This document shows positions 36,262 through 49,350 of a stretch of DNA of 64,000 bases, piece by piece; within the stretch, counting starts at the first letter, position 1, and each line of letters opens with the position of its first letter. Made by a program: the position numbers and the translations under genes. Below the pieces are notes generated by a model, which was given only the letters and a program-made list of their open reading frames with translations, ran no database searches and was not told the DNA's origin. The stretch is taken from NCBI RefSeq assembly GCF_902713615.1, contig NC_052156.1, positions 47,310,357-47,374,356 of the forward strand. The letters run 5' to 3'. Source of the stretch: Scyliorhinus canicula (taxonomy: Eukaryota).

Positions 36262-37252
36262 TTTACGATGAAGAAGGAGGCCATTTAGCCTATTTTGTCT
36301 GCACCAAATGAGCAACCCACCTGATGCCATTCCCCCCACCTTTTCCCTATAACCCTGCACATTCTTCCTTTTCAGATAACAGTCTAATTCCCTTACGAGT
36401 GCTTCAATTGGATGTGCCTCCATCACGCTCTTGGGGAGTGTATTCCAAACCCTAACTATTCACTGTGTACAAAAAGCTTCTCCTCTTATAACTTTTGCTT
36501 CTTTTGCTAATTACTTTAAATTTGCTCTCTCGTTCTTGATCTTTTCACAAGTTGGAATAGTTTCTCCCTATCTACTGTATCTAGACCCCCCCCCCCCCCC
36601 CCCCCCCTCAATGATTTTCAATACCTCTATCAAATCTCCTCTTCATCTTCTTTTCTCCAAGGAAAATAGTCCCAACTTCTCCAATCTATCTTCATAACTA
36701 AAGTTCTTTATTCCTGGAATAATTCTTGTGAATCTGTTCTGCACCTTCTCTGATGTCTTCACATATGTCCTAAAGTACACTGTCCAGAACTGGCCAAGAT
36801 ACTCCAGCCAAGACCGAATGTGTGACTTATGCCAATGCAACATAACCTCCTTGCTCTTGTCCTGAATGGCTCTATTAGTAAAGCCCAGGATGCTCTGCTT
36901 TATTAACTGCACTTTCAGTCTTTCCTGCCACCTTCATTGGTATGCACATATATACCCAGGCATCCTGTTCCTGCACCCCTTTAGAGTTGTACCCTTTATT
37001 TTCTATTGTTACTCCATGTTCTCCTTATCAAACTTCACATTTCTCCACATTGAACTTCATCTGTCACTTTTGTGCCCATTCCACCAACTTGGCTATGTGT
37101 CTTTGAAGTTCTACACTGTACCCTCCTCACAGTTAACAATACTTCCAAGTTTTGTATCAGCGTAAACTTTGAATTTGTGCCCTGCTCATCAAGGTCATTA
37201 AAATATATCAGGAATAGCAAGGATCCCAACACATCCTCGGGAACGCCACCAT
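36262..37252 (-). mobile_element. CR1 LINE 3' fragment
   Basis: Minus-strand GVPEDVLGSLLFLIYFNDLD and SYEDRLEKLGLFSLEKRR motifs, CR1 tail near 36270. Confidence 0.88.
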
Positions 37253-37500
37253 TCACAAGAGTTGGTTAATGATCCCAGACTGAAATCTATGCACAGAGCC
37301 TGAGAGGAGGTATAATGGTCGCCATGCATCCACCAGGGTCATTGGTTTGCTCAAAATGTGCTTTCGATGTTTGGACAGATCAGAAGGTGCTCTTCAGTAC
37401 TCTCCTGCTCACTTACGGGAGTGGTATTTTGTGCCTTGCACAACCTGGCACCCCAGAGAGAGGAAGTTCTGGCAGAGGAGGACCTAATGGAAAGAGCCAC

Positions 37501-37545
37501 ATCTGCTGATGATGAATCTGCTGATGATGAATCTGCTGATGAGGA
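37501..37545 (+). repeat. 15-bp tandem repeat x3 (atctgctgatgatga)
   Basis: Encodes SADDE repeats in the acidic tail of the transposase relic. Confidence 0.85.
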
Positions 37546-37994
37546 TGAGCCATGCCAGCCAGCTGGGTTCCAGAGCGATGCATGATACACTAATAATGAA
37601 AAGATTTCAGTAGCCATGTGTCATTTGCTCAATGAGAACATCATGGCCATACTCCCTTTTCATCGTATCCCGCACATCGACACCAAGGTCACCTGTGCAT
37701 GTACCAAAACAGAGTTACCAAATGAGGCCAATCAGAGGGACCCACATGAACACAAACTCCTTGAGCAACATTTATTCAACTAAAATGAAAACCACTGCAT
37801 AAAACAATAATGCAACTGGAAGACCAAGTGAAAAGAACAATAACATTATTAAAATTTTCACAACTCTCAACATTGATCAATCAGGCTTGTAGATCCATAT
37901 GTGACTAATGTGGTGTTTTAAATCATTTATCGGTGCTACAGGAAGGTACTTCCCCATACCACCAACTGACCCTTATGCCCCTTTGCCTGGGATG

Positions 37995-39115
37995 ACATTG
38001 GCGATCAAGCGGCACCTACTCAACAATAACCTGCTCACAGACACTCAGTTTGGGTTCCGCCAGGGTCACTCAGCTTCTGACCTCATCACAGCTTTGGTTC
38101 AAACATGGACAAAAGAGCTGAATGCCAGAGGTGAGGTGAGAGTGACTGCCCTTGACATCAAGGCAGCATTTGACCGAGAATGGCATCAAGGAGCCCAAGC
38201 TAAAGTGGAGTCAATAGGAATCAGGGGGAAAACTCTCTGCTGGTTGAAGTCATACCGGGCACAAAGGAAGATGCTTGGGCTGACAAGCGGCAAGTTACCT
38301 TTGCGCCACACATGTGCCAGGCAATGACCATCTCCTACAAGAGAGGATCTAACCGCCAATGGCATTATAATAATAATCTTTATTATTGTCACAAGTAGGC
38401 TTACATTAACACTGCAATGAAGTTACTGTGAAAATACCATCGCTGAATCCACCACAATCAACAACTTGGGAGTTACCATTGATTAGAAACTGAACTGGAC
38501 TAGCCATGTTAATACTGTGGCTACCAGGGAAGGTCAAAGGCTAGGAATCCTACGGTGAGTAACTCACCTCCTGGCCCCCCAAAGCCTGCCCACCATCTAC
38601 AAGGCACAATTTAGGAGTGTACTGGAATAAAGTGCAGCTGGATGAGTGCAGCTCCAACAACACTCCAGAAGCTCGACACCATCCAGGACAAAGCAATCTG
38701 CTTGATTTCTCCCCCTTCCACAAATATTCAAACCCTCCACCACCGATGAAAAGTGGCAGCCGTGTCTACCATCTACAAGGTGCATTGCAGTAACTCACCA
38801 AGCTTCCTTGGACAGCACCTTCCAAACCCACGGCCACTACCATCTGGAAGGACCAGAGCAGCAGATACCTGGGAACCCCACCGTCTGGAGATTCCCCTCC
38901 AAATCACTCAACACACTGAATTGGAAATATATCGCCGTTCCTTCACTGTCACTGGGGCAAGATTCTTGAACTCCCTTCCTAACAGCACAGTGGGTGTACC
39001 TACACTTCAAGGACTGCAGTGGTTCAAGAAGGCAACTCAACACCACCTTCTGTAGGGCAACTAGGGATGGGTAATAAATGCTGGCCTAACCAGCAATGCA
39101 CACATCCCGTAAATT
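37995..39115 (+). mobile_element. CR1-like LINE, internally deleted, with a SINE-tail insertion (about 38367-38434, minus strand)
   Basis: QFGFRQGHS and LDIKAAFDR.WH RT motifs, 3' end ctagggatgggtaataaatgctggcc. Confidence 0.85.
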
Positions 39116-39263
39116 ATTTTTTTTTTAAATTGCTTGGTTGGCAGAGATCGTGACGGCCCTGGTGCAATGGGAGTCTCCAACTTGGTGGCAATCAGCTCAA
39201 CTGTTGTCATGGCACTCTGAAGCTGGTACCAAATGGGGCGAAAGGATGTGATCTGCATTGTGA

Positions 39264-40093
39264 GGGCGCGATATTCCCAAAGGGAACAAAGTCCCCAAGC
39301 AAGCACATTTAGCTGTGTGTTTCCCAGCACTCACAGTGCCGACAAACACTTGGCTATTCAGTGCGACTCACTTTGAATAAGGGGCCTGAACGGGGAACTT
39401 CCGCACAAGGCCGTACATAGCCCCGTTCTTTTACAATGGAGAGCTCCACTCGCCGGAATTCCCCATTGTATTGAGAGATCGAGACACCATTTTTAAATGG
39501 CATCCCGATCTCCGAGGCCCCCAGAAGAATCCCCGACCCTCCCTGTCTGAATACAAAATGGGAGGGTCCCATGACCCCCCCACCCCACTTCCCCAACAAC
39601 CCCATATGCCCCGACACCCACGCCGGGCAACCCCGGCCCAATCGCACGCGCGCAAAAAATGGCACTGCAAGGGTAACCAGGTGGCACTTGCAATGTCACC
39701 CTGCCCAAAGGAAATCCATCTGGGGCCTCTGATCCCCTTGGAAACCATCACGAGTGCCGTTCCGTCTGGCCCACGTTTGTGGGGACCAGTGCCAAATGGC
39801 GCTCGCCCGAGGTCCCCGAGATAAAAGGATTGAATCCTAAAGCTTCAGTTACCTCAGGAATCTGCATTTTACAGTAAGGCTCAATACCTCCCTCTACTAT
39901 GCAGATTTGCCAAAAAGTGATCTCGCACATTGTGGGTGGGATTCACCTTGCAATGTCTCGAGAGTTTGCATTGATCCTCGTGAGGGTTTGCGAGCCAGGT
40001 AGATCCTGGAAGCCGAGTATCCTGGCTTTCAACGGCCACACTGCGCCGTGGCGAGCTGCTTTTCCAGCACAGTGTAGCCAGAGGATTATGCCC
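39264..40093. mobile_element. Harbinger-type MITE D
   Basis: TIRs GGGCGCGAT and ATTATGCCC, TSD TGA (39261-39263 and 40094-40096). Confidence 0.82.
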
Positions 40094-42601
40094 TGAGTCT
40101 TCCACCTCCTCCTCCACCACCACCTCCAAGGTTATTATTGGTCCCATGGGGCTGGTGGCTGAAGCTGCCGATGTTTCAGATGTGGAGAAAACAAAACAAT
40201 CATTTTAGATTAGTTCAGAGAGAGACATTTCCTAAAACAGACTCTCAACATTAGGAGATGGTAACCAGGTTTTGAACCTTAGGCCCTTCAACATTGAGAA
40301 ACACATTCCTCCCTGAATTCTGCAAGCTTCCAAAGTCAAAAGCCATCAATTCCACCTCCCCGTCACCTTCCCCAGTTCCCAACCCCACCTACCCTTCTTC
40401 AGCCCTGTTTCCAAAAAGAGAGCTATGTGCCCTTTGAATCTCTCCACCCTGAGACATTCCTCCAAGCTCACCTTGCCCAATAGTGAGACTGCACTGATTT
40501 GCTGCCAGCTCCAGAACTTACTGCTCTATTGGGATGAAAATGCTCATGCCGACTTGACCACCTCTGGGCCTGGCCCTCTCTCTGGAATTATCTTCCCTCA
40601 TCTCCTGAAAGTAAGAAGGGAGATTGCAATGAATATGCTTGCTAAAATCAAATGCGTGGCTAACATGTCCTTTGTCGACATTCAACATTTTGCAATGCTC
40701 CTTACTAACTAACAGATGGTGAATTTTATAAACTACCCCCCCCCCCCCGCCCCCCACCCCACCCCACCACACCCCCTGAATCCGTTGGTGCCATGCAAAG
40801 TGGTATGTTTGCTTCATGCCGCCTCGTGTGCTTGGCCAAAAAACTAGGCAATCCCACTCTTGACATGCATTATGTCCCTATACCCTTCCATTTAGATCCA
40901 TCTGCAAATTGGTTACACATTCACCCTGGCAGATCATACAAAGTCATTAAGTCTTTTGTGGCACTGTAATCAAGTCATTTGGCTGACCCAATGCTGATAC
41001 CTAGATTGCTTTTGGTTGGCTGGAAGGCTGTCAGAAGGCATGAGGGTCTCCCACTGTTCGTTCACAGCATGGAGGAGAACTCACAGGTAGTCGTCATCAA
41101 ACTATGGGGCCATCCTTGGTCTGGGCGAACAGCTCCTCTCTCTGCCAAATGGCGCCCTTATAGCTTCTGTGGAGAAAGAACGAGAATTAAAGGATAGTTT
41201 TTGAGTCTTTTTCGAAACTCCTATTCAAAACGAAAATGGGACAGGTGTGCTCAAATGTTATTTTCTCCCTGACAAGGGTCCTGATTGAGGCAATGCTGGC
41301 ACAAAAGTTCTCAGAATTTAAAAACAAGCTCTTACCTGCTGCTACTCCAATAGTTCAAAGATTTCACACTCTTTGGGGTTAAAATGTCTGTTTGAAAACC
41401 AGTAATTATGATGCAGCTACCAGAAACCCTTCCCAGGTACTGTTAAATTGGTGGCCATGACCGACTTTGGGTTCACGGCTTTTAGCCGCTCTTCCCGGAT
41501 TTCCTTCGCTGGAAGCCCAAATGGGCGCACTGCGCACCCTTCTTCGAGGTAGTTGTCCAGTTTTCCACTGGACCGCTGTTTATTGGTCGCAAGGTACTTT
41601 ATTCAGCATCTTTAAAAGGCGGGGATGGAAGTCAGCGAACTACCCACTTCAGGATCGAACTCCAGTCCCTCACACCACTACCAAGAGAAGTGCAAAATAC
41701 ATCTCATGGTGTTTTCAAATCTGTCGTGCTGGCGATTGAAGACTCTGCTCCTCAGAGTTTAATTTGTATTGTTATTTTTAATCCTGTTTCTACTGTCCTG
41801 AGCTTACCCTATCACTCAAATGCTCGCAAATCCTTGATGTTTGAAATGTCAACTATGAAAATGGCTTTAACCTTTACAGAATGCCAAATGGGAAATTTTA
41901 CCTCTAATTCCTCTTTTTAATATCTTACAGTACATTTCTGACAAAGATTTGATTTTTTTTTTACGTTTGAAACCAAGACATTGCATGTTTTTCCCAGCCT
42001 TTCTCTCAGTTTGCTTTTATGGCTGAAACAATGAAATGGATGCATTTTTGCATGGAAAAAATTAAGACAGAAGATTGTGTTGAAGTGCACATTGTTTTAT
42101 TTAATTTGTGTATTGGTATCCTTTACATCCAATAATTTTAGCTCATGTGTGATCGATATTGCACTAAATTTAATTCTCTGCCTCTACAATCAGAGCATAA
42201 TGCTAAATTATTTGGAATATACAAAAAATATTTGTTTTGTCACCAAGGAAACAAAGCTAATATTGGATTTATTACCTCATGTTGAGCTCAGGTGTGCTTT
42301 TTGTCTCAATATACTAAATAAATAATTAAAGCTCTCCATTCCCACTCAAATGCATTCGTTAAAATGTAATCCCAGAGCAGTTCTGGTTTGCCATATGTGT
42401 TACATTTTGATTAGTTTTCTTCAAAGCCTATTTATGTACATTAGTTAAGTCTGAAGCATTTTTGAGACTTACTTACACACAAGTAACACCAGTTCAGCTT
42501 TTTGCACAAAAATATATTTTATCAGTTTGGACCAAACTCATGCACCTCTGCTGTAATTGTGTTAGTTACCTGGCAACCTCTTTATTTGTTCTTCCTTATA
42601 G

Positions 42602-42693
42602 ATGATATGGAGGCCATTCAGGTCAAGCAGTTTGTAAAGCACATCAATGAATTATACACCAATAACCAACATGGATTCTCTGAAGAATTTGAG
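42602..42693 (+). CDS. ptprg: ptprg coding exon
   Basis: cttccttatag acceptor and GAG/gtaaat donor. 92 nt encoding (D)[30 protein letters not shown]. Phase matches the previous exon across a 32,668-bp intron. Confidence 0.96.
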
Positions 42694-45600
42694 GTAAATT
42701 ACTGTTGCAATAGTTCCTAAGTTGTTGGGAGTGGGTTCCCTTTTTGCCTCTGTGCTGAGTTGGGTAAATCAGAGGTTGTCACTATTTTGTACTATTTGAT
42801 TGTGTAATGTCATTTAAATGAAATTATACAATGGAAGCTAATGGCCAAAACTACAAAAAAATAGAAGTCCAGTACCTTCCATTTTAATCTATTTGTCAGT
42901 TGTAATAATTTATACTTTCCTGCTTCAACTTAACTTATAGTTTGTTACATGTCCCACAGTAATTTATGGGATTGATTCTTTTCTAAGTGTCTATTTCCTT
43001 GAAGTTCCATAATTTCACTTTGAACACTTAAAATGCAAAAAAAAGATCCTGGATCATTCCATGTATATGAGGACAGAAATATACTGGATGGAATAAAACA
43101 CTGGGAAAGTTTAGACTTTTTTAAAATGGGGAGCTATAGTTTGGATTTGGTTCAAAAGGCACTTTAGTGTTCCATGCTGTCAACTGTCTGTGACTGCACA
43201 GTTTTTGCATTTCCTGCTTTAGGGCTGGAAAATACTGCACTGGTTTAAGCACAGCATATGTCTGCATCTTGGAGCACTCTCATGAAGAACTGTTGCTGAA
43301 ATTCGGATTGGAGTGCTGCTTGTTCTCCTGCATGTCATCCCTTACAAGATTCAGAGAGCCTCATGATATCCACTTCCTGCATTCTACGATGTGATCTCTT
43401 CCAGCTGCTGTGCTTCATTGACTGTTTGTGTATCTTGTATACAAATCCCCATATTTTAATTTTTTTTTAACCTCTCTAGCCTTAATGTCAAAATTCCAAG
43501 ACCATGCAAACTTTTCCTTTCGGACAGCAGGACAATCTAGACCTAGATTGGTCCATGAGTTCCCAACATTAGCAGCTCTCGATTAAGTTGCAAGGAGGCA
43601 TGCTTTTTTAAAAAGTGATCCCTTCCCATAAACCAGATAACTTTACCTCCCTTCCCTGACTCCAACTGAATGAGCTGAGCTGGGCCATGCTCCCCCTTGG
43701 GTGCTGTCACTTTTAAGTATAGTGATCCTGACACTTTCTGTTTTTTCTTTCTGCATTTGCTTAACCATATGCCCCATATTTCGCTGCATGGTACTGACAG
43801 TGCTGTCAGAAATCTCTCCATGCTTGCTGAGCACCATTAATATTGGCATACAATTCAAAAACATTTTTTTGTTCTTTGTCGTTAAACTTATACCATTTAG
43901 TGCATTTAAATAAATGCTAAACTGTGGCGTTTATCCTGTTTCGCTAATAGTATTAGAAGATTGGAATTCAAAATTTATAAAGTCCTATAAATGAGGACTT
44001 TTTGAGAATTGCTGGTAATTGGTTGTGTTAAGTTCTGCTGTAATGATATGAAATTGCAGAATCTAATTTCAGACAAAAATCTGTCAACGTGAGATACACT
44101 TTTTTCACAAATCATAAACACTCCTTAATGAGTCCTTAAATGTGCTTCTAACTCTTTTCTAAACAATTCACACTGCTATAAATTTGAATGTGACTGAATT
44201 AGAGATCAAAAGATTAAAAGGTGATGGAGCACAACAGTCATTTGGATTAATGAATTCATTTTTCATCACACGTCTTGATTTGTTTATTAGATGAAATTAT
44301 TCCACAGTATGTTTAATGGTGTAACAAATGGATGTGATTAATAGCAGTGGTCTGCTAGATCATGAATAATAGATTTTGGCTGATTTGAATTAGATCGTCT
44401 TGATCAGAAGCAATTCTCTTGGGGCAAGTGTTTGTCCTGCATACTGTCAACATGGTTAAAGGCTTTTATCTCTGCTCAATCATTTAGCTGATGGTTTGTC
44501 AATGCCAGTAACTACCAAACTGCACACTTCTGCTTTCTTGCAAATAGCTAAATGTCAAAATGGTGCACCTATTATCGAATAATGTACTGTATATGTGCCG
44601 TGCAGTCATATTTACAATGAGATTTGTTGCCAAGCCAATTAATTCAGTTGGATCCAACATTCTTTAAACTTTGTTTATTTTCAAGTTCATTTTTTTCCTC
44701 GTCTTACCTGCCCATCTTTACCAATCATACCCACATTAGGTCCACCACAAACATTTGTTGAGCTGGAAAGGCAGCTATAGGTTATTGTCTCCCATGCAAG
44801 AATGACCCACTTACTGAATTCCTTGTTTCCCCATTGCCTGGCTACTACCTCCCAAAGAATCATTTGAAATTGGGAAGTGGCCATGCTGGAGAATTATGTT
44901 TGCAATCCTACCTTATTTTCCCTGAGTCTGTAAAGCGTTAGCACAACAACTCTGTGTCACTGGACTGTAAACTGCATTTCTCAATTTAATTCTTCAAAAA
45001 GCTATTTTCTTCAGTCTGCTTCGCAATATCTTTTATCAGTTTAAAGGTCAATTCTGTTGTTAACAAATGAGTGCTTTATCCTGAGTTTTTAATCTAACTT
45101 TGTTAGTGAGAAAATAGACCACCTTTACACTGCAGTGCCAGAGATTCGCGGTCAATTGTTTTTTTCAGTTGATACTTGTATAAGTAATTAAGGTTTTTAG
45201 AAAGGGTTGTTGATCCGAATAGAGCATTACATTATGTCTGAAGCTTTATACATTTCTTTTGCTAAGTGATTTAACATGAATATGGGAATATGATGTTGTT
45301 AACTTTCCTGTTGACTGAAGTTTGGGTTGTTTTACTGGGTTTGTTACTGCAATTCTAATATCTGGTGAAACAGTGTGATTTTCTATGCAGCATCCATGTA
45401 AACTGCAGAATTTGAACTGTATATATAAATCTATACTTCAAATATTGCAATTTGCACAATACTGTATAGAAAATCACACACATTTGCATTACAGTCATGT
45501 ACCATGTTCTTCAAAATCTGAAATTTGTGTTAGAAAAATAAAGATTAATACACTGTTCTCAAAATAACCTGTGTTTTTAAATAATTTGATGAGAACAGAG

Positions 45601-47309
45601 TCTATATAATTCACTGCGAGTAAACTGCAGCGTATGAGGAGGGGGAGAAACCAATAGGCCAGAAATTCCATAGATGGCAGTACAGGGCACATTGGAAATT
45701 AAATCATATTACCTTTTGTGTAACAAGAGCTTATTTAAAAGTAATTAATTTTCAGCTTGAGGTAAGTTAGTTGCTGCTACCCAGGCTTATATTTTTCATA
45801 ATAATCTGCATTCCATTTCTTCTTCCCAAAGCACAAACAGATCAAACAGTGATTTGTTAGAAATAATTAATCTCAAAGAAGTATCTGTTTAAATAATATC
45901 ATCACTCCCAAAACGCTTGCAACATGAATTCTCTTGCAGTATGTTTTCTCCTAAGTATGTGCAGAGATCAGCATTAAATTACTTTGCTGTGGGGTCTGAT
46001 AGCAATAATTACTTTTCCAGATCTTTCCCACATAACAACTGAAGATTCCATTTCCAAGAATGTGTTTCCTTCCCTGCATTAATTTGTATGAGGTAGAAAA
46101 GCAGACAAAGTAAAAACTAAATTAGTTGCGTGTTTTGGTTTTATCTATCTCCAACCATAATTAAAATCTGAAGGATATTTCTCACTTGTAAGAATACATT
46201 TTCTGTGCCTGAAAGATTGTTTGGCAATAATTACTTACTGCACTGTTAAAAATGTATCATAGACTGGAATGAGCAAGCCCTAACTTTGTTTGGAGTGTAT
46301 AGTGGGTATATATCATGTAAGTACACCAACTATATGTTTCATTGCAAATTTCCTTGGTGAGATACTGGTATAGCGAAGATTGTGGAACAATAGGAAACTT
46401 GGCCAGCAACCCCATGATTTCCATGTTCAAATACATATGAGCAGTTTCTGTCTGATTTATTTTTTAATAATGATGAGCGGCACTTATTTTTAATAAAAAA
46501 TTGACCATTGAAACCGGGGCATGCTCAAAGGTAACCTTCTTAGCAAGCTTTTAACTGCGTGCAAATCTGCATGTAAGGGAACTCTTAATTGATCATCTAA
46601 CATTCTGTTAAATTGCTTTTTTCTATGCATGTTGTATTATGTCTATGCTTATGTCAATATGGTAACGCACAATCACTAAGCAACTCCACATACGAAACTG
46701 GTGTGCGAAATACAATGAAATGTTCCATTCCAGGAAAGGATCACTTGTTAGTTATATTTAATGTGATGCGTGACTTTTGCAGCTTGCATAAAATATGTCC
46801 TAAAGCGGATTGCTTTAGCTCTACTGATGACAGGAATAATGGCTTATAACCAGAAGCATTCTCTTGCATTTGTCTTTTTGTCATTTAAAAATACTGCATC
46901 TTTCCATTTCTATCTCTTCCTTCAAATGACAGTGTGATGCTCCTCAGCTGAGAAAGGACGAAATTCATGTAGGGATACACTTCTGAAGCATGCGTTGGTG
47001 CTTCCTGTTCAACTAGAGCTGACAGAACATTAATCACTGCAAGATAATCACATTATCGAGGGCTTGATTTTTCTGAGACCTTGAAGAACAAGTCTTCGCG
47101 GCAGGTCTATACTTGGATTCTAATGCAGCATATGTAATGATAGTGATGTGAATGTAACATATCAAGCATACGTTTATTAAGATTCCCAGCAACATTAGAT
47201 TTTCGTTGTTTTGACACATCCACCTCTGAACTTGATTACATTTGGCTCTGTTGCACCTGATATTGTCTGGGGAGGAATTCTCAAATACTTCATCATAAAC
47301 TGAAATATA

Positions 47310-47549
47310 GGGCAGCACGGTGGCCTAGTGGTTAGCATAACCGCCTCACGGCGCTGAGGTCCCAGGTTCGATCCCGGCTCTGGGTCACTGTCCGTGTGGA
47401 GTTTGCACATTCTCCCCGTGTCTGCGTGGGTTTCGCCCCCACAACCCAAAAATGTGCAGAGTAGGTGGATTGGCCATGCTAAATTGCCCCTTAATTGGAA
47501 AAAATAATTGGGTAATCTAAATTTTAAAGAAAAAATAAAAATAAAAAAA
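47310..47549 (+). mobile_element. V-SINE, short poly(A)-tailed family
   Basis: A/B boxes, A-tail, 14-bp TSD ataaactgaaatat (47295-47308 and 47550-47563). Confidence 0.92.
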
Positions 47550-47779
47550 ATAAACTGAAATATTAGGATGGAAGTTTGGTTGTTTATTAAAACTTACAAT
47601 TATATTTGACCTTCCTAGAATATAAAGATAATCACAATAATCTCTGACTTCTCTTCTTCACTATGACACATTTTCTTAAATCTCTGTTCTCTGCCCCTCC
47701 TGCTGTGCCCATTCCTTCCCCTAGCCCACCAAACCAAATTTCTACCAATCCAGTGTTCCTCCAAGCCCTAGCCATGAAT

Positions 47780-49050
47780 TTGCTTCCTTCTCTAATATTC
47801 CTTCTATTGCCACCTTATGCCCCCTAAAAGCTCAGATTGTCCTTGAGATTTACCTCCTTCGCTATCAAATCATTGTTGAAATTTAAATTGACCAAGTATC
47901 CACATCCTTCAGGGGAAGTAAGTTCCAGATTTTTGTGAGAAAAAAAGTTTCTGTCTCTCTATGAAATGGCCTAGCTCTAATTCTTAAGATTATGACCTCT
48001 TGTTGTGGATTTTCCCCAAGTGTAAATTGTTTCTTTGTATGCACAAAATAAAATCTCGGTGGGGGGGGGGGGTGGATTTTCCGTGCCCCTCGCGGCGTGT
48101 TTCTCGGCGTTGGGAGGCGGCCCGTCATTGGCTGGTGGTGGGATCTTCTGGTCCTGTCGCTGTCAACGGAAATTTCCCATTGAACCCATCCTCCGCCACC
48201 TCGAAACCCCGCGGCAGGGGATCACCATCGGCGGGTCCAGGAGATCCCGCTGGTGCGAGCGGCCAGAACATCCACACCCCTCTCCCGTATCATTTTAAAC
48301 ACCTCAATTAGATCACCCTTTCTAAACGTAATGAAATAAAAAACAATTTTGAAACTTGTCAAGTTTTGTTATGCCCTCGCATCATTCTGGTTGACCTGTG
48401 CTGTGACTTCCCAAAACCAATGTATCTTTCAAGAGGTTTGTTGCCTAAAACTGAACAATAGTGCAGCAGATGAGGATCTTGAGGCTCTGTACAACTGAAG
48501 CATTATTTTCTCACATTGAATTCCAACCCCACTGAGATGAAAGCCAATATTTGATTAACCTTTTTTGATTGTTTTTTGTACCCGTACACCAGCTTTTGGT
48601 GATTTATGTACATGCACATCTAAATCCTTTTGCTTTGTCACGGATCCTCTCAGCAATATGACAATATTCTGATTTGCCTTTCTCAGATCCAATGTGGACA
48701 ATCTCACACTTACCCACTTTAAACTCTCTCTGCCATAATTCTACCCCTTCATCTAATCTGACTGTGTCTGTTTGTAATTTTCTGTTCCCATCCACACAAT
48801 TTATTGTGCCTTCAGTGCCATCTACAACTTCATATACAACTCTGTATTTCTTCATTAAAGTCATTGATGCGTATGGTAAAGAACTGAGGCCCCAGTACAA
48901 ATCCTTGGAGCAAGCATACACTTGTCATATCTGCCCAATCGGAAAGGAAACCTTTCTTCTACCCTCAACCCATGTTATCATATTGATTCTCTACCTTGGG
49001 CTCATTTTTGCCCATAATCCTTTGTATGAAACCTTATGCAATGTCTTTCT
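47780..49050 (-). mobile_element. Degenerate CR1 with a small GC-rich MITE at about 48070-48280
   Basis: Minus-strand WQREFKVGKCEIVHIG motif. The MITE is related to the fragment at 30776-30955. Confidence 0.65.
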
Positions 49051-49350
49051 AGGTGAGTATTGATTTTATCCGTATGATGTACTCGCGTCGCTCACCAGTT
49101 TATGATATTCAGCAATCTGGCCTATGGTTTTCTGCTTATCCCGTAATCCTATTTTGATCTGAGGTGTGAAAGTGGCAACCTTCAATCCTCAGCACATTTT
49201 ACAAATCTAAGTTTGAAAGATTGTGGTCAGATAGGGAAGGCTTTCAGTTGGGATTGCGAGCCTGTGTTGAGTTGGTGATAGGGATGCTATAATTGAATTC
49301 AATGCTCCGGGCTAGATAGTGGAACATCCTCTAGGTTTCTTCCTGTCCCA

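Larger units (their letters stand above)
35900..37610 (+). pseudogene. Harbinger (HARBI1-like) transposase relic interrupted by CR1
   Basis: YLLMSECQCLRRLCLSRETV and VLKVTVALNYFASGSFQ precede 36260. GLLKMCFRCLD, VFCALHNLA and an acidic tail follow 37255. Confidence 0.82.

Noticed and set aside
36586-36608. Long poly-C and poly-G runs (also near 2047, 40736 and 48061)
   Set aside because: They are homopolymers within repeats and prone to slippage or sequencing error.
47310-47385. Genuine tRNA genes at A/B-box motifs
   Set aside because: Each continues into a SINE body and tail, several with TSDs.
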